Shown here piece after piece: positions 1 to 8,712 of a stretch of 64,000 nt of DNA. How positions within the stretch are numbered: position 1 is the first letter of the stretch; each line of letters opens with the position of its first letter. Below the pieces are notes generated by a model that made no database searches, had not been told where the DNA came from, and was given only the letters and a program-made list of their open reading frames with translations. The position numbers and the translations under genes were made by a program. The stretch lies in assembly GCA_944388935.1 (NCBI GenBank), contig CALXKK010000005.1, positions 6,383-70,382 on the forward strand. The letters run 5' to 3'. Source of the stretch: an uncultured Clostridia bacterium. GTDB lineage: Bacteria; Bacillota; Clostridia; TANB77; CAG-508.

Positions 1-311
1 AGGCAAGACCTTATTTAATAAAAAGCGAAGATGAAAAATCTTTATTTGTAAATATAAATGGAAAAAGATTAACTAGACAAGGATTTTGGAAAATAGTTAA
101 ATTTTATAAAGAACAAGCTCATATAGAAAAAGATATTACTCCACATGTATTAAGACATTCTTTTGCAACACATTTATTACAAAATGGAGCAGATTTAAAG
201 GCAATACAAGTAATGTTAGGACATTCAGATATTTCTTCAACTCAAGTATATATGCAATTCCAAGATGAAGGTTTAAAGAATATATACAAAAAAGCACATC
301 CAAGAGCATAA
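1..311 (+). CDS. xerD: Tyrosine site-specific recombinase XerD, C-terminal part (5' end lies outside the window; reading frame starts at nt 3)
   Basis: The translation ...GKRLTRQGFWKIVKFYKEQAHIEKDITPHVLRHSFATHLLQNGADLKAIQVMLGHSDISSTQVYMQ... carries the RHSFAT and LGH..IS.TQ.Y catalytic motifs of Xer-type tyrosine recombinases. Stop codon TAA at 309-311. Confidence 0.85.
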   Translation, partial: ARPYLIKSEDEKSLFVNINGKRLTRQGFWKIVKFYKEQAHIEKDITPHVLRHSFATHLLQNGADLKAIQVMLGHSDISSTQVYMQFQDEGLKNIYKKAHPRA

Positions 312-326
312 TAGTAATACAAATAG

Positions 327-370
327 CCACCAATATAGATGTAAATCTAATATTTGGTGGTATTTTTTTT
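327..370 (+). terminator. Rho-independent terminator after xerD (hairpin followed by a T-run)
   Basis: Hairpin CCACCAATAT ... ATATTTGGTGG, then TATTTTTTTTT. Confidence 0.6.
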
Positions 371-415
371 TAGATTATGTTATACTTATAAACATGAAGA
401 AATGTGGAGGTTAAT

Positions 416-2749
416 ATGAGTGATCTTACAAGTGATGAAAAAATAAATATACAAAAAAATTTGGAATACATAGGATTAGATTTAGAAAATATACCAGAAT
501 TTATAAGAAATTATAGACCGCTTGAATTTAGACCAATAAGAGGATTTAACGAGAATAAAAGCAGAATATATAAATATTTAAATATTAAAGATATACAAAT
601 CTATATAACTCCTAGAAATAAGATGGATTCACTTTTAAAAAAATATGAAGAATCAAACCAGTTATATGATTATTTAAAATTAGAATCAGATGATGACATA
701 GTAAGACACAGTATATTCTTAAAAATGGTAGATAAAGTGAATTTAGCAGAAGTAGAGAGAATATCCGAAGAACAAGATGTTTTAAATGAAAAGATACCAT
801 TTCAAGTAAAATATAGCGAAAATTATCTTTGGCAAATTTATTATTCAGATATAACGAAACAATATTTTATGATGGTAACATTAGAAAATGAAGAATATGA
901 GGCGTTTTTTTATTTGTTAAAAAAACAAATAGAGGCATATAAGCAAAATAAGGATATATATATTTATGTTCCAGTATGTAATACAGAATATTCTGGAGAA
1001 TTATTAACAAGAAATGAGATTACAGATACAGAAAATTATTTATGGTTATTTACAAAAGACTGGCCATTCATTTATGAAGTATACGATAAAGATGGTATTA
1101 TGAGTTTATACATTATAGGAAATACGATTTGTTATGAGAAGATAATTAGCAATTACAGAATTGTAATAAGAACAGAGGAAGAAGCGGTTAAATTTTTTAA
1201 ATTAATAAAAGCACTATTCATATTACAAACCGAAACTAATGGAAAATATACTTTTAAACCTCTAATAAAACAGGACGGAAGTTTAGAGTTTTTATATGAT
1301 GGAAATATAATAGAATACGATAATCTTACTAGTTTTATAAAAACAGAATTTTATAAAATTGATAATCAAATTAATGATATTGTTGAAAATTTAAATAAAT
1401 GTCAAAAACAAAAACAAGAACTATCAATAGAAGAGAAAAATAAAGTAAAAGAATTTCAAAACAAAGAAAAGGCGATATCAGTTTATTTGGATTGCAAACG
1501 TAGTTTCTTTGGAAAAATAAAATTCTTTATGCAAAATAAGAAAAAGCTAAAAGGAAAAGCAAAGGAAGTTCTAAATAAGGAGAGTAAAGAAGAAGAGAAA
1601 GACGAAGTAAAAGAAATATTAAAAGAAAATGATGGAATAGATAGAACAAAAGAATTCTTGACAATAGAGGATTTAGTTTTGCTAGTTAAAGCATTCGAGA
1701 ATCAAGATAAAAAACTAAAAAATGATGAGATGGATGTACGAGCATTAGAAAATAAAATAAAGGTTTTAGATAGCAAGATAAAGAATGCAGATATATATTT
1801 AAAAGAAATAGATGAACATAATAAGAGTATTTTTGATTTCTGGAAATTTACAAATAAAGATAATAATTTAATTTTATCAGAAGGTGAAGCAGACGAAGAA
1901 GTAGTTGTTACTAAACTAGAAAAAACATTTGACTATTTAGAAGATTTAGAAGATGTTGGTAAAGATATGGATAAAATTATCAGAAAGAAAATATCTAAGA
2001 AAGAATGTGACAGTATATTTTTAGCAACTACCGAAATTTTAAAATTTATAAATGAAGTAAAAAATAATAGTGAACCAGATGATTCAAAAATGAAATTATT
2101 AGAAGAAGAATTAAATTCTATAAAAGAAAAAACAACAATAGTAAGTTCTTTATTTCCAAAAGAGGAATATGATATATTTGGAGGTCTATCAGAGGATAAA
2201 ACAAAAATTAGAGTATTGGCTGGAAGAAAGCATCGTGAGATTGAAAAAAATATGTACAGAGTAATTGATGTAAACAAAAATACATCTTTGGAAAGATTTG
2301 TAGAAAAACTAAGGAAAATTGTAGAAGACATAGAAAAGGTTTTAGACCAAATAAAAGCTCCAATGAATTTATCTTTATACATTGCAGAGAGTAATATTAA
2401 TAAAAATAATTTTGAATTATATCATATAAATCCAGAACAGGCTATAAATGATATAGAAAGTAGTAATGAAAAAATTTGTAGAATAAATATAAAAAAAGGT
2501 ATGCCACTTATATTTTTAACCAATACAATTTATTACGATAATTATAATAGAACTCTTCCAGAGGGAATGGAATTAAGTGATTTAGTTTTAATTGATAATT
2601 CTAAATTTGATTTTATAAAAAGACAAGATACATTTTTTAGAATAAACAAAAAAATTGAAAGATTTGATTATAAGAATTGTGAAATACATATAAAAGAATT
2701 TGATTTAAAGCTTAAAAAACCAAAAAAGGAGGAAAAAAGTGATAAATAG
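416..2749 (+). CDS. Large hypothetical coiled-coil protein (~777 aa) with an N-terminal internally duplicated globular region and a K/E-rich central coiled coil
   Basis: Long ORF. GGAGG RBS lies 5 nt before ATG 416 (the ORF track starts at GTG 404). There is no Walker motif and no TM segment. The motif ENYLWQIYYSD recurs as ENYLWLFTKDW, indicating internal duplication. The middle of the protein is heptad-like and K/E-rich. The 3' end overlaps the deoB start. Confidence 0.6.
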   Translation: MSDLTSDEKINIQKNLEYIGLDLENIPEFIRNYRPLEFRPIRGFNENKSRIYKYLNIKDIQIYITPRNKMDSLLKKYEESNQLYDYLKLESDDDIVRHSIFLKMVDKVNLAEVERISEEQDVLNEKIPFQVKYSENYLWQIYYSDITKQYFMMVTLENEEYEAFFYLLKKQIEAYKQNKDIYIYVPVCNTEYSGELLTRNEITDTENYLWLFTKDWPFIYEVYDKDGIMSLYIIGNTICYEKIISNYRIVIRTEEEAVKFFKLIKALFILQTETNGKYTFKPLIKQDGSLEFLYDGNIIEYDNLTSFIKTEFYKIDNQINDIVENLNKCQKQKQELSIEEKNKVKEFQNKEKAISVYLDCKRSFFGKIKFFMQNKKKLKGKAKEVLNKESKEEEKDEVKEILKENDGIDRTKEFLTIEDLVLLVKAFENQDKKLKNDEMDVRALENKIKVLDSKIKNADIYLKEIDEHNKSIFDFWKFTNKDNNLILSEGEADEEVVVTKLEKTFDYLEDLEDVGKDMDKIIRKKISKKECDSIFLATTEILKFINEVKNNSEPDDSKMKLLEEELNSIKEKTTIVSSLFPKEEYDIFGGLSEDKTKIRVLAGRKHREIEKNMYRVIDVNKNTSLERFVEKLRKIVEDIEKVLDQIKAPMNLSLYIAESNINKNNFELYHINPEQAINDIESSNEKICRINIKKGMPLIFLTNTIYYDNYNRTLPEGMELSDLVLIDNSKFDFIKRQDTFFRINKKIERFDYKNCEIHIKEFDLKLKKPKKEEKSDK

Positions 2750-3917
2750 AGCAATTATAATTGTTTTAGATAGTTTTGGCGTAGGGGAGTTGCCAGATGC
2801 AGATAAATATGGTGATGTAGGTGCTAATACTTTAGGACATATTTATGAATTAGCTAAACCAAAATTAAATAATATGAAAAAATTAGGTTTATATAATATT
2901 GATGGATTAACAATACCAGAAAAAGAGGAAAATCCTATTGGTTGTTACGGAAAAGCTGCAGAAAAATGTGCAGGAAAAAACAGCCCGGTTGGGCATTGGG
3001 AAATTTGTGGTTTTGTAAAGGAAGAGCCTTTTAAAACATATCCTAATGGATTTCCAGAAAAAATGATAGAAGAATTTAAAGAAAAGACAGGACTTAAAGG
3101 AACTTTATATAATGGAGTTGGTTCTGGAACAGAATTATTGAAGCAATATGGAGAAGAACATTTAAGAACGGGTTATCCTATAATATATACTTCAGCAGAT
3201 AGCGTTTTTCAAATTGCAGCACACGAGGATATAATTCCTGTAGACAGATTATACGAGATATGCAAAATTGCAAGAAAGATGCTAAGTAGTAAAGAGTACG
3301 ATGTAGGAACAGTTATAGCAAGACCTTTTGTAGGTGATAGAGCTGATAATTTTACACGAACATATAATAGAAAGGATTTTGAATCACCAGAGTTTGGAAG
3401 AACAATGCTAGATGTATTACACGAAAATAATAATGAAGTTGTAGCAATAGGAAAAATACAAGATTTATTTTCTGGAAGAGGTATAACTAAAGCAATTCAT
3501 ACAGAGGGAAATGCTGATGGAATAGAAAAAACAATAGAGGAGATAAAGAATAATCAATCTGCAAAATTAATTTTTACAAATTTAGTAGATTTCGATATGC
3601 TATATGGACACAGAAATAATGTAGAAGGATATGCAAAAGCACTAGAATATTTTGACAACAAATTGCCAGAAATAATTGAAAATTTGAACGAAGATGATTT
3701 ACTTATTATTACAGCAGACCATGGAAATGATCCTTCAACACCAAGTACTGACCATGACAGAGAATATATACCAATTTTAATGTATGGAAAAAATATTAAA
3801 AGTGGAGTTAATATAGGAGTAAGAGACACATATGCGGATATTTCTGCAACAGTTTTAGATATATTTGGATATAAAAAATTGGAGTATGGCAATAGTTTTA
3901 AGGATTTAATAATGTAA
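2739..3917 (+). CDS. deoB: Phosphopentomutase
   Basis: MINRAIIIVLDSFGVGELPDADKYGD...ITADHGNDP. AAGGAGG RBS 6 nt before GTG 2739. Length of 392 aa is typical for DeoB. Confidence 0.9.
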   Translation: MINRAIIIVLDSFGVGELPDADKYGDVGANTLGHIYELAKPKLNNMKKLGLYNIDGLTIPEKEENPIGCYGKAAEKCAGKNSPVGHWEICGFVKEEPFKTYPNGFPEKMIEEFKEKTGLKGTLYNGVGSGTELLKQYGEEHLRTGYPIIYTSADSVFQIAAHEDIIPVDRLYEICKIARKMLSSKEYDVGTVIARPFVGDRADNFTRTYNRKDFESPEFGRTMLDVLHENNNEVVAIGKIQDLFSGRGITKAIHTEGNADGIEKTIEEIKNNQSAKLIFTNLVDFDMLYGHRNNVEGYAKALEYFDNKLPEIIENLNEDDLLIITADHGNDPSTPSTDHDREYIPILMYGKNIKSGVNIGVRDTYADISATVLDIFGYKKLEYGNSFKDLIM

Positions 3918-3939
3918 TAAATAAAAGGGGAGGAAATAA

Positions 3940-5874
3940 ATGGAAAATTCAGAAGAAAAACAAACTAAACAAGAAGATAATAAAACAACAAAGAGTACTC
4001 AAGAATGGACTCAAGAACCAAAAAAAGAAAATAGAAAGAAAACAAGTAAGAAAAAAATAATAATTATTATAGCGATTATTATAGTATTATTAGCTGGAAT
4101 AGCAGCGGGTGTTTGGTTTTATTTATCTAATAAAGAAGATAATGAAACTCTAGATTGGGGAAAAGTATATTTAGAAGTATTAAATGATACAGATAAATTA
4201 GAAGATATGAACAATCAAAAAATACAAATTTGTGATTTGGAAAAAGACTCTATACCAGAATTAACAATATATGGAAATAAAGATGATAATGAATATATAG
4301 CCAATATATATAAAATAAATGACAATAACGAAGTGGATACAATAAGAGTATCTTTGGATAATGAATTTGATTTGAATTTAATTTATGATTCAAATAAAGA
4401 TGATTATGTTTGGTATGCAGTTTCTGAGCAAGAAGACAATACTACGAAAATATATAATTTAAATTTTGAAAATAGTCAATATACACCAGAAGAAGTAACT
4501 CTAAATTTAGGAGTAGATAGCATAAAAGTGGATAATGATTATAGCGAAAAAATAGATTTTGACAAAAATTCTTCTGAAGATGCAAAAAAAGAAATATTAG
4601 ACCAAGCTATAGATAAATATGTTCCTGTTGAAAATATGATAACAGACGAAGTAAGAGAGAAAGTTGAGGATATAAAATTATTAAAGAACATTAAAAAAAT
4701 AGATCCAAGTAAGGATATTGTATATACAGTAGAGGAATATAAATCAACAACGAATGGAGATAATTATAAATATCCAGCTATCAATATTGATGCAGATAAT
4801 GTAAAACAAATCAATTCCGAAATAGAAAATTTATATGGATTTAAAGCATCAGATTATAGTACTAATGGCTTTATTCTATCACCAGAAACAGAAGAAAGCG
4901 GATATAAGTATTATATAAATGGACATATATTATCTTTAGTAGTATATAATGGTGGAAATGATAGTGTATGGTCTACAGCATATAATATTAATTTACAAGA
5001 TTATTCAACAATTAACAGTGATGTGCTTTTGCAAGAAAAAGGATTAAACAAAGATGAAGTTATTGCAAAAGCTTATGAATCCGCAGAAAAGAAAATGCAA
5101 GAAGTAATAGAAAATGATAAAACAGCTGTAGGTAGCTATTGGGATACAATGTATCCAGTATCAGAAACTTCAACCTGGGAAGCTGAAATGAAAGATAGTA
5201 TAGATAAATTAGCAAATGTTTATTTAAATGAAAATGGAGATTTTTGTATTCTTGCTGACTTAGAACATGCTGGTGGACAATATTCTTGTAACAAAAACAT
5301 TATAATAAATGTTAGCGATAATTATTCTGTAGAAGAGTTATTATTAGATGTATGGAATGGTGAGGAGCAAAATTTATCTCCTATACCACAACAAACAACA
5401 GAAACAACAGAGACAACTGGAACGACAGAAGCCACAAGCCAAAGTTCTAGTACAAATAGTAATATTAAAGGGATAATAGGTCTAGACCAGATGAAAACAT
5501 TTACATATGAACCAAGCTATAATGTACCATTGGAAGAAGGAACATATACTGGACCAATGGGAACATTGAAAATAACAAATTCAACAGGAAATACATTTGA
5601 TTTTGAATTTGCTTGTGAAAAACAAACATCTGCAGGATATGGACCAAATTTAGGCAGTATGCAAGGAACAGCAAAAGCAATAACAGGCAATGGGAATTTT
5701 GTATTTTCAGAAGAAAAAACAGTAGGTTCATATTCATATAAATATAATGTATTTTTCTATACATATGGAAATAGCATTACAGTTTATGATGAATGCTACG
5801 ATAATATTACAGGAAAAACAGATAGTCCATATTGTGGAAATGGAGTAATGTTCTCAGGAACATATACAAAATAA
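3940..5874 (+). CDS. Hypothetical membrane-anchored extracytoplasmic protein (644 aa) with a Thr-rich linker and a Cys-containing C-terminal module
   Basis: Strong RBS AAAGGGGAGG. Charged N-terminus, then a TM helix (IIIIIAIIIVLLAGIAAGVWFYL). Linker TTETTETTGTTEATSQSSSTNSN. C-terminal ~150 aa contain Cys residues (CEKQ...ECYDN...PYCGNG). The gene is followed by a long inverted-repeat terminator. Confidence 0.6.
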   Translation: MENSEEKQTKQEDNKTTKSTQEWTQEPKKENRKKTSKKKIIIIIAIIIVLLAGIAAGVWFYLSNKEDNETLDWGKVYLEVLNDTDKLEDMNNQKIQICDLEKDSIPELTIYGNKDDNEYIANIYKINDNNEVDTIRVSLDNEFDLNLIYDSNKDDYVWYAVSEQEDNTTKIYNLNFENSQYTPEEVTLNLGVDSIKVDNDYSEKIDFDKNSSEDAKKEILDQAIDKYVPVENMITDEVREKVEDIKLLKNIKKIDPSKDIVYTVEEYKSTTNGDNYKYPAINIDADNVKQINSEIENLYGFKASDYSTNGFILSPETEESGYKYYINGHILSLVVYNGGNDSVWSTAYNINLQDYSTINSDVLLQEKGLNKDEVIAKAYESAEKKMQEVIENDKTAVGSYWDTMYPVSETSTWEAEMKDSIDKLANVYLNENGDFCILADLEHAGGQYSCNKNIIINVSDNYSVEELLLDVWNGEEQNLSPIPQQTTETTETTGTTEATSQSSSTNSNIKGIIGLDQMKTFTYEPSYNVPLEEGTYTGPMGTLKITNSTGNTFDFEFACEKQTSAGYGPNLGSMQGTAKAITGNGNFVFSEEKTVGSYSYKYNVFFYTYGNSITVYDECYDNITGKTDSPYCGNGVMFSGTYTK

Positions 5875-5932
5875 TGAAAAGTACTTGCCTTTTAATAATA
5901 AATTTGGTATTATTAAAAAGCAAGTGTTATAT

Positions 5933-6015
5933 GCCGATGTGGCGGAATTGGCAGACGCACCAGACTCAAAATCTGGCGGGAAACCATGTGGGTTCGAGTC
6001 CCACCATCGGTACCA
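5933..6015 (+). tRNA. tRNA-Leu, anticodon CAA, class II with long variable arm and encoded CCA
   Basis: Acceptor stem GCCGATG/CATCGGT. Anticodon stem CCAGA/TCTGG with loop CTCAAAA. T-arm GTGGG-TTCGAGT-CCCAC. Long variable arm and 3' CCA present. Confidence 0.85.
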
Positions 6016-6053
6016 ATGAAAGCATGACGAAGTCATGCTATTTTTTTGTATAT

Positions 6054-6097
6054 AAAACAAAACCACGCTACTTGAAATGAGCGTGGTTTTGTTGTTT
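6054..6097. terminator. Bidirectional intrinsic terminator between tRNA-Leu (+) and the minus-strand small gene
   Basis: AAAACCACGC-loop-GCGTGGTTTT, flanked by A-run and T-run on both sides. Confidence 0.65.
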
Positions 6098-6098
6098 T

Positions 6099-6125
6099 AA
6101 GAAGAGATTAGACTCCCTTCGGTAT
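6099..6125 (-). repeat. Conserved motif copy 1 (plus strand AAGAAGAGATTAGACTCCCTTCGGTA; an SD-like small hairpin on the minus-strand transcript)
   Basis: One of three related about 25-nt motifs (6099, 6577, 7089). Each is placed at the 3' or 5' end of the GC-rich minus-strand genes. Confidence 0.5.
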
Positions 6126-6145
6126 GGAACTACAAGAATACAAAG

Positions 6146-6406
6146 TTAGTAGCCAAGCCCCCAAAGCCGCTTATACATTGTGTATGGATCCACGCCACAG
6201 TAAATTGCATAAATATTAACTGTGGTGACGTTTCCACTATCATAATGTACATACATGTTCAAAAAATCTAACAGGAGTGACCACCGCCATTCTGGAGGCC
6301 AATATGGTAAATAATCCATGAGCAAATTGGTAATGTCCTTTGGCAGAAGTGCACAAATGGCTCTAACAACTTCGAAAAAATTGCGTTCCTTCTTGGATTG
6401 AGACAT
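6146..6406 (-). CDS. Hypothetical small Trp-rich protein (86 aa) in the GC-rich island
   Basis: GGAAGGAG RBS 7 nt upstream of ATG (rc of 6404-6406). Own consensus promoter TTGACA-17-TATAAT (minus strand, about 6444-6472). Codon third positions are GC-rich, unlike the host. No recognisable family. Confidence 0.45.
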   Translation of the reverse strand: MSQSKKERNFFEVVRAICALLPKDITNLLMDYLPYWPPEWRWSLLLDFLNMYVHYDSGNVTTVNIYAIYCGVDPYTMYKRLWGLGY

Positions 6407-6443
6407 GTTTCTCCTTCCATATATGCTGTGCTTAAACAAAGAT

Positions 6444-6472
6444 ATTATACAACCATAATTAAGTTATGTCAA
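6444..6472 (-). promoter_or_regulatory. Consensus sigma-A-type promoter (TTGACA-17 nt-TATAAT) for the 86-aa island gene
   Basis: rc of 6467-6472 is TTGACA and rc of 6444-6449 is TATAAT, with exactly 17 nt between them. Confidence 0.55.
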
Positions 6473-6533
6473 CGGATAGTGCTTGGAGTTATGGATTAAT
6501 ATTGAAGATAAAAAAATAAGATTAAAAAAATCG

Positions 6534-6569
6534 AAACAACCACACCCTTTTTATGGGGTGTGGTTGTTT
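6534..6569. terminator. Hairpin terminator between the two island genes, related in sequence to the 6054-6097 terminator
   Basis: AAACAACCACACCC-TTTTTAT-GGGGTGTGGTTGTTT. Shares the core AAAC(A)AACCAC...GTGGTTGTT with the tRNA-side terminator. Confidence 0.55.
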
Positions 6570-6576
6570 CGTAACA

Positions 6577-6602
6577 AGAAGAGATGAGTCTCCTTTCTAC
6601 TG
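6577..6602 (-). repeat. Conserved motif copy 2 (plus strand AAGAAGAGATGAGTCTCCTTTCTACT)
   Basis: Immediately 3' of the 119-aa gene stop. Forms an AGGAGA-cuca-UCUCUU hairpin in the minus-sense transcript. Confidence 0.5.
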
Positions 6603-6956
6603 ACAGAGATTGGCAACAATCTTCTGGTTCATGAAAGATGCCTTCCTCAGTTCTGCCGACGCCTTGATGGCATCTGCCATGTCTTTTTTGAAGTTGGCAC
6701 GAATGCTGTTGGTTGGCCTTCTGCACAGAAGTGAATAGATGCTAACCGCAACATCATTTGTGCTGTCCTGTGGGACAAACTTGTTGATGAAAAGAGACAA
6801 AGCGAAGAAGTCATCATCTCTCTGATTGACTTCAGGAGCTGAATAGAACTTGAGGTTGCTTTGGCATGGTGCGAATTGGAACTTGTTTTCCTCTGCCATT
6901 TTCATAATAGCATCGAGTACGTCCCCGACTTTGCGAGGATCTGCGGAACGAGACAT
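6597..6956 (-). CDS. Hypothetical protein (119 aa) in the GC-rich island
   Basis: RBS GGAGGAAGAG before ATG. GC-rich third positions. Likely promoter TTACAA-16-TATAAT at about 7135-7162 (minus strand). No recognisable family. Confidence 0.45.
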   Translation of the reverse strand: MSRSADPRKVGDVLDAIMKMAEENKFQFAPCQSNLKFYSAPEVNQRDDDFFALSLFINKFVPQDSTNDVAVSIYSLLCRRPTNSIRANFKKDMADAIKASAELRKASFMNQKIVANLCQ

Positions 6957-7088
6957 AACTCTTCCTCCATTTCAAGTTTGAAACGATTGTTTTACCGTAC
7001 CCTGGCAATAGCCAAAGGCATCTTTGCCAGTAAAGGTGAAGCGACTTGCTGGTTGTTAGATTATGTTGTAGCTAGTTGTTTACTCACT

Positions 7089-7109
7089 AAGAAGCTCTCC
7101 TTTCGGTAT
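7089..7109 (-). repeat. Conserved motif copy 3 (plus strand AAGAAGCTCTCCTTTCGGTAT), at the 5' end of the 119-aa gene transcript
   Basis: Shares CTCC(C/T)TTCGGTAT with copy 1 and the GTTGTTT...AAGAAG context with copies 1 and 2. Confidence 0.45.
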
Positions 7110-7266
7110 TTGTACTGTTGATTGAATCACTTATTATTATAACATATTATGTATAATTTGTAAATTTTAGCACAATAAAATTATACAAAAACAATAAATA
7201 ATTATTGACAAACGATAACAAAAGAAATAAAATATCTTCATAAAATATTTATGGAGGTATTTTATT

Positions 7267-8712
7267 ATGCAAAAAATAAATATATTTTTAGGGGCAATAT
7301 TATTAAGTATATGGAGTGTAGTATTATTTTTTGGTAAACAAATAGGATTGTCAATGTTATTATTTGTAATACCTATAACTTATTATATATTGCTTATATT
7401 AGAAAGAACGAATAAAGTAAAAAATGAAAAAGCCAAATTATTGATAGTACCAATAATTATACTTTCTGGAACATATTTAATATTTAATAATAGCTTTTTT
7501 AATGTACTTAATTTATTAGTAATTCCAATTTTATTAATTATTATGATATTAAATTTAATTAATACTAAATTAATTCCGAGAACTTTAGTAGAAAGAATTT
7601 TGGATATAGTTATAGAACCTTTTGCCTTTATAGGCGAAACAATGCAAGAATTTAAAAATACTATTGTAGAAAAATTAAATATAAAACATGAAGATGGCGA
7701 AAATAAAAAGGTAAAGAATATTTTTAAAGCAATATGCATTACATTACCACTAGTTATAATAATAATTACTATCCTAGCATCAGCAGATTCAATTTTTAGT
7801 AGTATGATTTCTAATATATTCAGTTCTATTTTTAGATTATTAGGAAAATTAAATTTATCTGGAATTGTTATAAGAATTATTGTAATAATATGTGTATTTA
7901 TATATTTATCAAGTTTCTTTTACAATATAATAAGAAATGAAGATGATTTCGAAGAAGAAGAAAAAGAAACTAAAAAAATAGAAGATACTACCTTAAAAAT
8001 GATTTTAACAGCTTTAAATATTGTTTATTTTGTATTTTGCATTATTCAGATTAATTCTTTATTTATGCAAAAAGCAATTATAAATTATGCAGATTATGCA
8101 AGACAAGGATTTTTCCAATTAATGATAGTATCTATAATAAATTTAATAATGATATTGGTTTCAAAAAAATATAGTGATAAAAAGAATAAATATATCAATT
8201 TTATGTGTATAATAATGGTAATATTTACATTTATCATAATACTATCTTCTGCAGTTAGAATGCATTTTTATGAGCAAGCATATGGATATACTTTTTTAAG
8301 ATTATTAGTATATTGTGTACTATTTACAGAGGTGCTTTTATTAATACCAACAATGCTATATATATTTAACAAACAAAAAAACTTATTAAGAAATTATTTT
8401 ATCATTATGATTGTAGTATATGCTGGAATGAATTTAATTAATTTTGATGCCATAATTGCTAACAGAAATGTGGAAAGATATATAGAAATAGGAAAAATAG
8501 ATTTAGATTATTTGGAGCAAGAAACAGGAACAGATGCAATAGATGAGATTATACAAATTTTAAAAATAGAAAATGTAGATGGACAAACAAAACAAGAAGT
8601 TGTAAACTATATTTATCAAGTTTATGCAGATTTGTCTAACGAGGATATGGACTTTAGGGATATGAATATATCTAAAATATTAGCTAAAAAAGCTATAGAG
8701 GGGATTAAATAA
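7267..8712 (+). CDS. Polytopic integral membrane protein (481 aa), unknown function (DUF4173-like)
   Basis: At least 10 hydrophobic segments. TTGACA-17-TAAAAT promoter at about 7205-7233. Translationally coupled to the next gene (ATAATG overlap). Confidence 0.6.
   Translation: MQKINIFLGAILLSIWSVVLFFGKQIGLSMLLFVIPITYYILLILERTNKVKNEKAKLLIVPIIILSGTYLIFNNSFFNVLNLLVIPILLIIMILNLINTKLIPRTLVERILDIVIEPFAFIGETMQEFKNTIVEKLNIKHEDGENKKVKNIFKAICITLPLVIIIITILASADSIFSSMISNIFSSIFRLLGKLNLSGIVIRIIVIICVFIYLSSFFYNIIRNEDDFEEEEKETKKIEDTTLKMILTALNIVYFVFCIIQINSLFMQKAIINYADYARQGFFQLMIVSIINLIMILVSKKYSDKKNKYINFMCIIMVIFTFIIILSSAVRMHFYEQAYGYTFLRLLVYCVLFTEVLLLIPTMLYIFNKQKNLLRNYFIIMIVVYAGMNLINFDAIIANRNVERYIEIGKIDLDYLEQETGTDAIDEIIQILKIENVDGQTKQEVVNYIYQVYADLSNEDMDFRDMNISKILAKKAIEGIK

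Noticed and set aside
5832-6080. 82-aa and 70-aa ORFs overlapping the tRNA-Leu gene on both strands.
   Set aside because: They span a tRNA with a perfect cloverleaf and have no RBS, so they are artefacts of the six-frame track.
6861-7121. 86-aa plus-strand ORF in the island leader region.
   Set aside because: No RBS. It overlaps the 5' leader and start of the better-supported minus-strand 119-aa gene.
6054-7162. Canonical integron cassette array (attC sites) hypothesis for the GC-rich two-gene block.
   Set aside because: The hairpins downstream of each ORF lack the attC R''/R' core sites (RYYYAAC ... GTTRRRY). No intI-like integrase is adjacent. Each ORF has its own promoter, which is atypical for integron cassettes. 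Kept only as 'cassette-like'.
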